This document shows positions 37,001-49,776 of a stretch of 64,000 bases of DNA, piece after piece (position 1 is the first letter of the stretch; every line of letters starts with the position of its first letter). The stretch is from the human T2T-CHM13v2.0 reference genome, Homo sapiens. Below the pieces are notes generated by a model. That model was not told where the DNA came from and ran no database searches. It saw nothing but the letters and a program-made list of their open reading frames with translations. The stretch is taken from NCBI RefSeq assembly GCF_009914755.1, contig NC_060928.1, one strand, 5' to 3'. The position numbers were made by a program, and so were the translations under genes.

Positions 37001-40000
37001 TAAAAACCAGAAACAAGCATTCTCAGAAACTTCTTTTTGATGTGTGTACTCAAGTAACAGAGTTGAACCTTCCTTTTGACACAGCAGTTTTGAAACAATC
37101 TTTTTGTAGAATCTGCAAGTGGATATTTGGATAGCTTTGAGGATTTCGTTGGAAACGGGATATCTTCATATAAAATCTAGACAGAAGCATTCTCAGAAAC
37201 TTCTTTGTGCTGTATGTCCTCAATTAACAGAGTTGAACCATTGCTTGGATACAGCATTTTGGAAACATTCCTGGAGTAGAATCTGCAAGTTGATATTTAG
37301 ATAGATTTGAAGATTTCGTTGGAAAAGGGAATATCTCCATATAAAATCTAGAGGGAAGCATTCTCAGAAACTGCTTTGTGATGTTTCCATTCAAGTCACA
37401 GAGTTGAATATTCCCTTTTATAGAGCACGTTTGAAACACTCTTTCTGCACTATCTGGAAGTGGACATTTCGAGTGCTTTGAGGCCTATGGTGAAAAAGGA
37501 AATATCTTCCCATAAAAACTAGACAGAAGCATTCTCAGAAACTTGTTTGTGATGTGTGTATTCAACTAACAGAGTTGAACTTTTGTTTTTACAGAGCCGT
37601 TTTAAAACACTCTTTTTGTGGAATCAGAAAGTGGATATTCGGATGGCTCTGAGGATTTCGTTGGAAGCGGGATTACATATAAAATCTAGAGAGAAGCATT
37701 CTCAGGAACTTCTTTGTGATGTTTGCATTGAAGTCACAGAATTGAACATTCACTTTGATAGAGCAGGTTTGAAACACTCATTCTGTAGTATCTGGAAGTG
37801 GACATTTCAAGCGCTTTCAGGCCTATGGTGAGAAAGGAAATATCTTCGAATAAAAACTAGACAGAAGCATCCTCAGAAACTTATTTGTGATGTGTGTCCT
37901 CAACTAACAGAGTTGAAACTTTGTTTTGATACAGCATTTTGGAAACACTCTTTTTGTAGAATCTGCAGGTGGATATTTGGATAGCTTAGAGGGATTCGTT
38001 GGAAAGGGGATATCTTCATATAAAATCTAGACAGAAGCATTCTCAGAAACTTATTTGTGATGTGTGTCCTCAACTAACAGAGTTGAACCTTGGTTTTGAT
38101 ACAGCATTTTGGAAACACTCCTTTTGTAGAATCTGCAGGTGGATATGTGGATAGCTCTGAAGATTTCGTTGGAAACGGGAATTTCTTCATATAAAATCAA
38201 ACAGAAGCATTCTCAGAAACTTCTCAGTGATGTTTGCATTCAGCTCATGGAGTTGAACACTTCCTTTCATAGAGCCGGTTTGAAACACTCTTTCTGCACT
38301 ACCTGGAAGAGGCCATTTCGAGCGCTTTGAGTCCTATGGTGAAAAAGGAAATATCTTCTCATAAAAACCAGAAAGAAGCATTCTCAGAAACTTCTTTGTG
38401 TTGTGTGTACTCATGTAACAGTGTTGAACCATCCTTTTGACAGAGCAGTTTTGAAACACTCTTTTTGTAGAATCTGCAAGTGGATATTTGGATAGCTTTG
38501 AGGATTTCGTTGGAAACGGGATGACATATAATATCTAGAGAGAAGCATTCTCAGGAACTTCTTTGTGATGTTTGCATTCAAGTCACAGAATTGAACATTC
38601 CCTTTCATAGAGCAGGTTTGAAACACTCTTTCTCTAGTATCTGGAAGTGGGCATTTCAAGCGCTTTCAGGCCTATGGAGAGAAAGGAAATACCTTCAAAT
38701 AAAAACTAGACAGAAGCATTCTCAGAAACTTATTTGTGATGTGTGTCCTCAACTAACAGAGTTGAACCTTTGTTTTGATACAGCATTTTGGAAACACTCC
38801 TTTTGTAGAATCTGCAGGTGGATATTTGGATACCTTTGAAGATTTCGTTGGAAACCGGAATATCTTCATATAAAATCAAGACAGAAGCATTCTCGGAAAC
38901 ATCTCTGTGATGTTTGCATTCAACTCAGTAGAGTTGAACACTTCCTTCCATAGAGCCGGTTTGAAACACTCTTTCTGCACTACCTGGAAGCGGACATTTC
39001 GAGCGCTTTGAGGCCTATGGTGAAAAAGGAAATATCTTCTCATAAAAACCAGAAAGAAGCATTCTCAGAAACTTCTTTGTGTTGTGTGTACTCAAGGAAC
39101 AGTGTTGAACCTTCCTTTTGACACAGCAGTTTTGAAACACTCTTTTGGTAGAATCTGCAAGTGGATATTTGGATAGCTTTGAGGATTTCGTTGGAAACGG
39201 GTTATCTTCATATAAAATCCAGACAGGAGCATTCTCAGAAACTTCTTTGTGCTGCATGTCCTCAATTCACAGAGCTGAACCTTTGTTTGGATACAGCATT
39301 TTGGAAACATTCCTTTAGTAGAATCTGCAAGTTGATATTTAGATAGCTTTGAAGATTTCGTTGGAAACGGGAATATCTTCATAGAAAATCTAGACGGAAG
39401 CATTCTCAGAAACTGCTTTGTGATGTTTGCATTCAAGTCACAGAGTTGAATATTCCCTTTTATAGAGTAGGTTTGAAACACTCTTTTGGCACTACCTGGA
39501 AGTGGATATTTTGAGCTCTTTGAGGCCTATGGTTAAAAGGAAATATCTTCCCATAAAAACTAGACAGAAGCCGTCTCAGAAACTTGTTTGTGATGTGTGT
39601 ATTCAACTAACAGAGTTGAACATTTCTGTTACAGAGCAATTTTAAAACACTCTTTTTGTGGAATCTGAAAGTGGATAATTGGATAGCTTTGTGGATTTCG
39701 TTGGAAACGGGATGACGTATAAAATCTAGAGAGAAGCATTCTCAGGAACTTCTTTCTGATGTTTGCATTCAAGTCACAGAATTGAACATTCCTTTTCATA
39801 GTGCAGGTTTGAAACACTCTTTCTGTAGTATCTGGAAGTGGACATTTCAAGCGCTTTCAGGCCTACGGGGAGAAAGGAAATATCTTCAAATAAAAACTAG
39901 ACAGAAGGATTCTCAGAAACTTATTTGTGATGTGTGTCCTAAACGAACACAGTTGAACATTTGTTTTGATACAGCATTTTGGAAACACTCCTTTTGTAGG

Positions 40001-43000
40001 ATCTGCAGGTGGATATTTGGATAGATTTTAAGATTTCGTTGGAAACGGGAGTTTCTTCATAGAAACTCAAGACAGATGCATTCTCAGAAACATCTCTGTG
40101 ATGTTTGCATTCCACTCATAGAGTTGAAAACTTCCTTTCATAGAGCAGGTTTGAAACACTCTTTTTGTAATATTTGGAAGTGGACATTTGCAGCGCTTTG
40201 AGGCCTATGGTGAAAAAGGAAATATCTTCTCATAAAAACCAGAAACAAGCATTCTCAGAAACTTCTTTTTGATGTGTGTACTCAAGTAACAGAGTTGAAC
40301 CTTCCTTTTGACACAGCAGTTTTGAAACAATCTTTTTGTAGAATCTGCAAGTGGATATTTGGATAGCTTTGAGGATTTCGTTGGAAACGGGATATCTTCA
40401 TATAAAATCTAGACAGAAGCATTCTCAGAAACTTCTTTGTGCTGTATGTCCTCAATTAACAGAGTTGAACCATTGCTTGGATACAGCATTTTGGAAACAT
40501 TCCTTGAGTAGAATCTGCAAGTTGATATTTAGATAGATTTGAAGATTTCGTTGGAAAAGGGAATATCTCCATATAAAATCTAGAGGGAAGCATTCTCAGA
40601 AACTGCTTTGTGATGTTTCCATTCAAGTCACAGAGTTGAATATTCCCTTTTATAGAGCACGTTTGAAACACTCTTTCTGCACTATCTGGAAGTGGACATT
40701 TCGAGCGCTTTGAGGCCTATGGTGAAAAAGGAAATATCTTCCCATAAAAACTAGACAGAAGCATTCTCAGAAACTTGTTTGTGATGTGTGTATTCAACTA
40801 ACAGAGTTGAACTTTTGTTTTTACAGAGCCGTTTTAAAACACTCTTTTTGTGGAATCAGAAAGTGGATATTCGGATGGCTCTGAGGATTTCGTTGGAAGC
40901 GGGATTACATATAAAATCTAGAGAGAAGCATTCTCAGGAACTTCTTTGTGATGTTTGCATTGAAGTCACAGAATTGAACATTCACTTTGATAGAGCAGGT
41001 TTGAAACACTCATTCTGTAGTATCTGGAAGTGGACATTTCAAGCGCTTTCAGGCCTATGGTGAGAAAGGAAATATCTTCGAATAAAAACTAGACAGAAGC
41101 ATCCTCAGAAACTTATTTGTGATGTGTGTCCTCAACTAACAGAGTTGAAACTTTGTTTTGATACAGCATTTTGGAAACACTCTTTTTGTAGAATCTGCAG
41201 GTGGATATTTGGATAGCTTAGAGGGATTCGTTGGAAAGGGGATATCTTCATATAAAATCTAGACAGAAGCATTCTCAGAAACTTATTTGTGATGTGTGTC
41301 CTCAACTAACAGAGTTGAACCTTGGTTTTGATACAGCATTTTGGAAACACTCCTTTTGTAGAATCTGCAGGTGGATATGTGGATAGCTCTGAAGATTTCG
41401 TTGGAAACGGGAATTTCTTCATATAAAATCAAACAGAAGCATTCTCAGAAACTTCTCAGTGATGTTTGCATTCAGCTCATGGAGTTGAACACTTCCTTTC
41501 ATAGAGCCGGTTTGAAACACTCTTTCTGCACTACCTGGAAGAGGACATTTCGAGCGCTTTGAGTCCTATGGTGAAAAAGGAAATATCTTCTCATAAAAAC
41601 CAGAAAGAAGCATTCTCAGAAACTTCTTTGTGTTGTGTGTACTCATGTAACAGTGTTGAACCATCCTTTTGACAGAGCAGTTTTGAAACACTCTTTTTGT
41701 AGAATCTGCAAGTGGATATTTGGATAGCTTTGAGGATTTCGTTGGAAACGGGATGACATATAATATCTAGAGAGAAGCATTCTCAGGAACTTCTTTGTGA
41801 TGTTTGCATTCAAGTCACAGAATTGAACATTCCCTTTCATAGAGCAGGTTTGAAACACTCTTTCTCTAGTATCTGGAAGTGGGCATTTCAAGCGCTTTCA
41901 GGCCTATGGAGAGAAAGGAAATACCTTCAAATAAAAACTAGACAGAAGCATTCTCAGAAACTTATTTGTGATGTGTGTCCTCAACTAACAGAGTTGAACC
42001 TTTGTTTTGATACAGCATTTTGGAAACACCCCTTTTGTAGAATCTGCAGGTGGATATTTGGATAACTTTGAAGATTTCGTTGGAAACCGGAATATCTTCA
42101 TATAAAATCAAGACAGAAGCATTCTCGGAAACATCTCTGTGATGTTTGCATTCAACTCAGTAGAGTTGAACACTTCCTTCCATAGAGCCGGTTTGAAACA
42201 CTCTTTCTGCACTACCTGGAAGCGGACATTTCGAGCGCTTTGAGGCCTATGGTGAAAAAGGAAATATCTTCTCATAAAAACCAGAAAGAAGCATTCTCAG
42301 AAACTTCTTTGTGTTGTGTGTACTCAAGGAACAGTGTTGAACCTTCCTTTTGACACAGCAGTTTTGAAACACTCTTTTGGTAGAATCTGCAAGTGGATAT
42401 TTGGATAGCTTTGAGGATTTCGTTGGAAACGGGTTATCTTCATATAAAATCCAGACAGGAGCATTCTCAGAAACTTCTTTGTGCTGCATGTCCTCAATTC
42501 ACAGAGCTGAACCTTTGTTTGGATACAGCATTTTGGAAACATTCCTTTAGTAGAATCTGCAAGTTGATATTTAGATAGCTTTGAAGATTTCGTTGGAAAC
42601 GGGAATATCTTCATAGAAAATCTAGACGGAAGCATTCTCAGAAACTGCTTTGTGATGTTTGCATTCAAGTCACAGAGTTGAATATTCCCTTTTATGGAGT
42701 AGGTTTGAAACACTCTTTTGGCACTACCTGGAAGTGGATATTTTGAGCTCTTTGAGGCCTATGGTTAAAAGGAAATATCTTCCCATAAAAACTAGACAGA
42801 AGCCGTCTCAGAAACTTGTTTGTGATGTGTGTATTCAACTAACAGAGTTGAACATTTCTGTTACAGAGCAATTTTAAAACACTCTTTTTGTGGAATCTGA
42901 AAGTGGATAATTGGATAGCTTTGTGGATTTCGTTGGAAACGGGATGACGTATAAAATCTAGAGAGAAGCATTCTCAGGAACTTCTTTCTGATGTTTGCAT

Positions 43001-46000
43001 TCAAGTCACAGAATTGAACATTCCTTTTCATAGTGCAGGTTTGAAACACTCTTTCTGTAGTATCTGGAAGTGGACATTTCAAGCGCTTTCAGGCCTACGG
43101 GGAGAAAGGAAATATCTTCAAATAAAAACTAGACAGAAGGATTCTCAGAAACTTATTTGTGATGTGTGTCCTAAACGAACACAGTTGAACATTTGTTTTG
43201 ATACAGCATTTTGGAAACACTCCTTTTGTAGGATCTGCAGGTGGATATTTGGATAGATTTTAAGATTTCGTTGGAAACGGGAGTTTCTTCATAGAAACTC
43301 AAGACAGATGCATTCTCAGAAACATCTCTGTGATGTTTGCATTCCACTCATAGAGTTGAAAACTTCCTTTCATAGAGCAGGTTTGAAACACTCTTTTTGT
43401 AATATTTGGAAGTGGACATTTGCAGCGCTTTGAGGCCTATGGTGAAAAAGGAAATATCTTCTCATAAAAACCAGAAACAAGCATTCTCAGAAACTTCTTT
43501 TTGATGTGTGTACTCAAGTAACAGAGTTGAACCTTCCTTTTGACACAGCAGTTTTGAAACAATCTTTTTGTAGAATCTGCAAGTGGATATTTGGATAGCT
43601 TTGAGGATTTCGTTGGAAACGGGATATCTTCATATAAAATCTAGACAGAAGCATTCTCAGAAACTTCTTTGTGCTGTATGTCCTCAATTAACAGAGTTGA
43701 ACCATTGCTTGGATACAGCATTTTGGAAACATTCCTTGAGTAGAATCTGCAAGTTGATATTTAGATAGATTTGAAGATTTCGTTGGAAAAGGGAATATCT
43801 CCATATAAAATCTAGAGGGAAGCATTCTCAGAAACTGCTTTGTGATGTTTCCATTCAAGTCACAGAGTTGAATATTCCCTTTTATAGAGCACGTTTGAAA
43901 CACTCTTTCTGCACTATCTGGAAGTGGACATTTCGAGCGCTTTGAGGCCTATGGTGAAAAAGGAAATATCTTCCCATAAAAACTAGACAGAAGCATTCTC
44001 AGAAACTTGTTTGTGATGTGTGTATTCAACTAACAGAGTTGAACTTTTGTTTTTACAGAGCCGTTTTAAAACACTCTTTTTGTGGAATCAGAAAGTGGAT
44101 ATTCGGATGGCTCTGAGGATTTCGTTGGAAGCGGGATTACATATAAAATCTAGAGAGAAGCATTCTCAGGAACTTCTTTGTGATGTTTGCATTGAAGTCA
44201 CAGAATTGAACATTCACTTTGATAGAGCAGGTTTGAAACACTCATTCTGTAGTATCTGGAAGTGGACATTTCAAGCGCTTTCAGGCCTATGGTGAGAAAG
44301 GAAATATCTTCGAATAAAAACTAGACAGAAGCATCCTCAGAAACTTATTTGTGATGTGTGTCCTCAACTAACAGAGTTGAAACTTTGTTTTGATACAGCA
44401 TTTTGGAAACACTCTTTTTGTAGAATCTGCAGGTGGATATTTGGATAGCTTAGAGGGATTCGTTGGAAAGGGGATATCTTCATATAAAATCTAGACAGAA
44501 GCATTCTCAGAAACTTATTTGTGATGTGTGTCCTCAACTAACAGAGTTGAACCTTGGTTTTGATACAGCATTTTGGAAACACTCCTTTTGTAGAATCTGC
44601 AGGTGGATATGTGGATAGCTCTGAAGATTTCGTTGGAAACGGGAATTTCTTCATATAAAATCAAACAGAAGCATTCTCAGAAACTTCTCAGTGATGTTTG
44701 CATTCAGCTCATGGAGTTGAACACTTCCTTTCATAGAGCCGGTTTGAAACACTCTTTCTGCACTACCTGGAAGAGGACATTTCGAGCGCTTTGAGTCCTA
44801 TGGTGAAAAAGGAAATATCTTCTCATAAAAACCAGAAAGAAGCATTCTCAGAAACTTCTTTGTGTTGTGTGTACTCATGTAACAGTGTTGAACCATCCTT
44901 TTGACAGAGCAGTTTTGAAACACTCTTTTTGTAGAATCTGCAAGTGGATATTTGGATAGCTTTGAGGATTTCGTTGGAAACGGGATGACATATAATATCT
45001 AGAGAGAAGCATTCTCAGGAACTTCTTTGTGATGTTTGCATTCAAGTCACAGAATTGAACATTCCCTTTCATAGAGCAGGTTTGAAACACTCTTTCTCTA
45101 GTATCTGGAAGTGGGCATTTCAAGCGCTTTCAGGCCTATGGAGAGAAAGGAAATACCTTCAAATAAAAACTAGACAGAAGCATTCTCAGAAACTTATTTG
45201 TGATGTGTGTCCTCAACTAACAGAGTTGAACCTTTGTTTTGATACAGCATTTTGGAAACACTCCTTTTGTAGAATCTGCAGGTGGATATTTGGATAACTT
45301 TGAAGATTTCGTTGGAAACCGGAATATCTTCATATAAAATCAAGACAGAAGCATTCTCGGAAACATCTCTGTGATGTTTGCATTCAACTCAATAGAGTTG
45401 AACACTTCCTTTCATAGAGCAGGTTTGAAACACTCTTTCTGCACTACCTGGAAGCGGACATTTCGAGCGCTTTGAGGCCTATGGTGAAAAAGGAAATATC
45501 TTCTCATAAAAACCAGAAAGAAGCATTCTCAGAAACTTCTTTGTGTTGTGTGTACTCAAGTAACAGTGTTGAACCTTCCTTTTGACACAGCAGTTTTGAA
45601 ACACTCTTTTGGTAGAATCTGCAAGTGGATATTTGGATAGCTTTGAGGATTTCGTTGGAAACGGGTTATCTTCATATAAAATCCAGACAGGAGCATTCTC
45701 AGAAACTTCTTTGTGCTGCATGTCCTCAATTCACAGAGCTGAACCTTTGTTTGGATACAGCATTTTGGAAACATTCCTTTAGTAGAATCTGCAAGTTGAT
45801 ATTTAGATAGCTTTGAAGATTTCGTTGGAAACGGGAATATCTTCATAGAAAATCTAGACGGAAGCATTCTCAGAAACTGCTTTGTGATGTTTGCATTCAA
45901 GTCACAGAGTTGAATATTCCCTTTTATAGAGTAGGTTTGAAACACTCTTTCGGCACTACCTGGAAGTGGATATTTCGAGCTCTTTGAGGCCTATGGTTAA

Positions 46001-47225
46001 AAGGAAATATCTTCCCATAAAAACTAGACAGAAGCCGTCTCAGAAACTTGTTTGTGATGTGTGTATTCAACTAACAGAGTTGAACATTTCTGTTACAGAG
46101 CAATTTTAAAACACTCTTTTTGTGGAATCTGAAAGTGGATAATTGGATAGCTTTGTGGATTTCGTTGGAAACGGGATGACGTATAAAATCTAGAGAGAAG
46201 CATTCTCAGGAACTTCTTTCTGATGTTTGCATTCAAGTCACAGAATTGAACATTCCTTTTCATAGTGCAGGTTTGAAACACTCTTTCTGTAGTATCTGGA
46301 AGTGGACATTTCAAGCGCTTTCAGGCCTACGGGGAGAAAGGAAATATCTTCAAATAAAAACTAGACAGAAGGATTCTCAGAAACTTATTTGTGATGTGTG
46401 TCCTAAACGAACACAGTTGAACCTTTGTTTTGATACAGCATTTTGGAAACACTCCTTTTGTAGGATCTGCAGGTGGATATTTGGATAGATTTTAAGATTT
46501 CGTTGGAAACGGGAGTTTCTTCATAGAAACTCAAGACAGATGCATTCTCAGAAACATCTCTGTGATGTTTGCATTCCACTCATAGAGTTGAAAACTTCCT
46601 TTCATAGAGCAGGTTTGAAACACTCTTTTTGTAATATTTGGAAGTGGACATTTGCAGCGCTTTGAGGCCTATGGTGAAAAAGGAAATATCTTCTCATAAA
46701 AACCAGAAACAAGCATTCTCAGAAACTTCTTTTTGATGTGTGTACTCAAGTAACAGAGTTGAACCTTCCTTTTGACACAGCAGTTTTGAAACAATCTTTT
46801 TGTAGAATCTGCAAGTGGATATTTGGATAGCTTTGAGGATTTCGTTGGAAACGGGATATCTTCATATAAAATCTAGACAGAAGCATTCTCAGAAACTTCT
46901 TTGTGCTGTATGTCCTCAATTAACAGAGTTGAACCATTGCTTGGATACAGCATTTTGGAAACATTCCTTGAGTAGAATCTGCAAGTTGATATTTAGATAG
47001 ATTTGAAGATTTCGTTGGAAAAGGGAATATCTCCATATAAAATCTAGAGGGAAGCATTCTCAGAAACTGCTTTGTGATGTTTCCATTCAAGTCACAGAGT
47101 TGAATATTCCCTTTTATAGAGCACGTTTGAAACACTCTTTCTGCACTATCTGGAAGTGGACATTTCGAGCGCTTTGAGGCCTATGGTGAAAAAGGAAATA
47201 TCTTCCCATAAAAACTAGACAGAAG
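31066..47225 (+). repeat. Five consecutive canonical 19-mer HORs
   Basis: Exact 3232-bp periodicity of all marker ORFs across this block. Confidence 0.96.
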
Positions 47226-49776
47226 CATTCTCAGAAACTTGTTTGTGATGTGTGTATTCAACTAACAGAGTTGAACTTTTGTTTTTACAGAGCCGTTTTA
47301 AAACACTCTTTTTGTGGAATCAGAAAGTGGATATTCGGATGGCTCTGAGGATTTCGTTGGAAGCGGGATTACATATAAAATCTAGAGAGAAGCATTCTCA
47401 GGAACTTCTTTGTGATGTTTGCATTGAAGTCACAGAATTGAACATTCACTTTGATAGAGCAGGTTTGAAACACTCATTCTGTAGTATCTGGAAGTGGACA
47501 TTTCAAGCGCTTTCAGGCCTATGGTGAGAAAGGAAATATCTTCGAATAAAAACTAGACAGAAGCATCCTCAGAAACTTATTTGTGATGTGTGTCCTCAAC
47601 TAACAGAGTTGAAACTTTGTTTTGATACAGCATTTTGGAAACACTCTTTTTGTAGAATCTGCAGGTGGATATTTGGATAGCTTAGAGGGATTCGTTGGAA
47701 AGGGGATATCTTCATATAAAATCTAGACAGAAGCATTCTCAGAAACTTATTTGTGATGTGTGTCCTCAACTAACAGAGTTGAACCTTGGTTTTGATACAG
47801 CATTTTGGAAACACTCCTTTTGTAGAATCTGCAGGTGGATATGTGGATAGCTCTGAAGATTTCGTTGGAAACGGGAATTTCTTCATATAAAATCAAACAG
47901 AAGCATTCTCAGAAACTTCTCAGTGATGTTTGCATTCAGCTCATGGAGTTGAACACTTCCTTTCATAGAGCCGGTTTGAAACACTCTTTCTGCACTACCT
48001 GGAAGAGGACATTTCGAGCGCTTTGACTCCTATGGTGAAAAAGGAAATATCTTCTCATAAAAACCAGAAAGAAGCATTCTCAGAAACTTCTTTGTGTTGT
48101 GTGTACTCATGTAACAGTGTTGAACCTTCCTTTTGACACAGCAGTTTTGAAACACTCTTTTGGTAGAATCTGCAAGTGGATATTTGGATAGCTTTGAGGA
48201 TTTCGTTGGAAACGGGTTATCTTCATATAAAATCCAGACAGGAGCATTCTCAGAAACTTCTTTGTGCTGCATGTCCTCAATTCACAGAGCTGAACCTTTG
48301 TTTGGATACAGCATTTTGGAAACATTCCTTTAGTAGAATCTGCAAGTTGATATTTAGATAGCTTTGAAGATTTCGTTGGAAACGGGAATATCTTCATAGA
48401 AAATCTAGACGGAAGCATTCTCAGAAACTGCTTTGTGATGTTTGCATTCAAGTCACAGAGTTGAATATTCCCTTTTATAGAGTAGGTTTGAAACACTCTT
48501 TCGGCACTACCTGGAAGTGGATATTTCGAGCTCTTTGAGGCCTATGGTTAAAAGGAAATATCTTCCCATAAAAACTAGACAGAAGCCGTCTCAGAAACTT
48601 GTTTGTGATGTGTGTATTCAACTAACAGAGTTGAACATTTCTGTTACAGAGCAATTTTAAAACACTCTTTTTGTGGAATCTGAAAGTGGATAATTGGATA
48701 GCTTTGTGGATTTCGTTGGAAACGGGATGACGTATAAAATCTAGAGAGAAGCATTCTCAGGAACTTCTTTCTGATGTTTGCATTCAAGTCACAGAATTGA
48801 ACATTCCTTTTCATAGTGCAGGTTTGAAACACTCTTTCTGTAGTATCTGGAAGTGGACATTTCAAGCGCTTTCAGGCCTACGGGGAGAAAGGAAATATCT
48901 TCAAATAAAAACTAGACAGAAGGATTCTCAGAAACTTATTTGTGATGTGTGTCCTAAACGAACACAGTTGAACCTTTGTTTTGATACAGCATTTTGGAAA
49001 CACTCCTTTTGTAGGATCTGCAGGTGGATATTTGGATAGATTTTAAGATTTCGTTGGAAACGGGAGTTTCTTCATAGAAACTCAAGACAGATGCATTCTC
49101 AGAAACATCTCTGTGATGTTTGCATTCCACTCATAGAGTTGAAAACTTCCTTTCATAGAGCAGGTTTGAAACACTCTTTTTGTAATATTTGGAAGTGGAC
49201 ATTTGCAGCGCTTTGAGGCCTATGGTGAAAAAGGAAATATCTTCTCATAAAAACCAGAAACAAGCATTCTCAGAAACTTCTTTTTGATGTGTGTACTCAA
49301 GTAACAGAGTTGAACCTTCCTTTTGACACAGCAGTTTTGAAACAATCTTTTTGTAGAATCTGCAAGTGGATATTTGGATAGCTTTGAGGATTTCGTTGGA
49401 AACGGGATATCTTCATATAAAATCTAGACAGAAGCATTCTCAGAAACTTCTTTGTGCTGTATGTCCTCAATTAACAGAGTTGAACCATTGCTTGGATACA
49501 GCATTTTGGAAACATTCCTTGAGTAGAATCTGCAAGTTGATATTTAGATAGATTTGAAGATTTCGTTGGAAAAGGGAATATCTCCATATAAAATCTAGAG
49601 GGAAGCATTCTCAGAAACTGCTTTGTGATGTTTCCATTCAAGTCACAGAGTTGAATATTCCCTTTTATAGAGCACGTTTGAAACACTCTTTCTGCACTAT
49701 CTGGAAGTGGACATTTCGAGCGCTTTGAGGCCTATGGTGAAAAAGGAAATATCTTCCCATAAAAACTAGACAGAAG
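47226..49776 (+). repeat. 15-mer HOR variant (2551 bp)
   Basis: Marker spacing 47252 to 49803, with the same junction and GACTCC marker as the unit at 28515. Confidence 0.92.
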
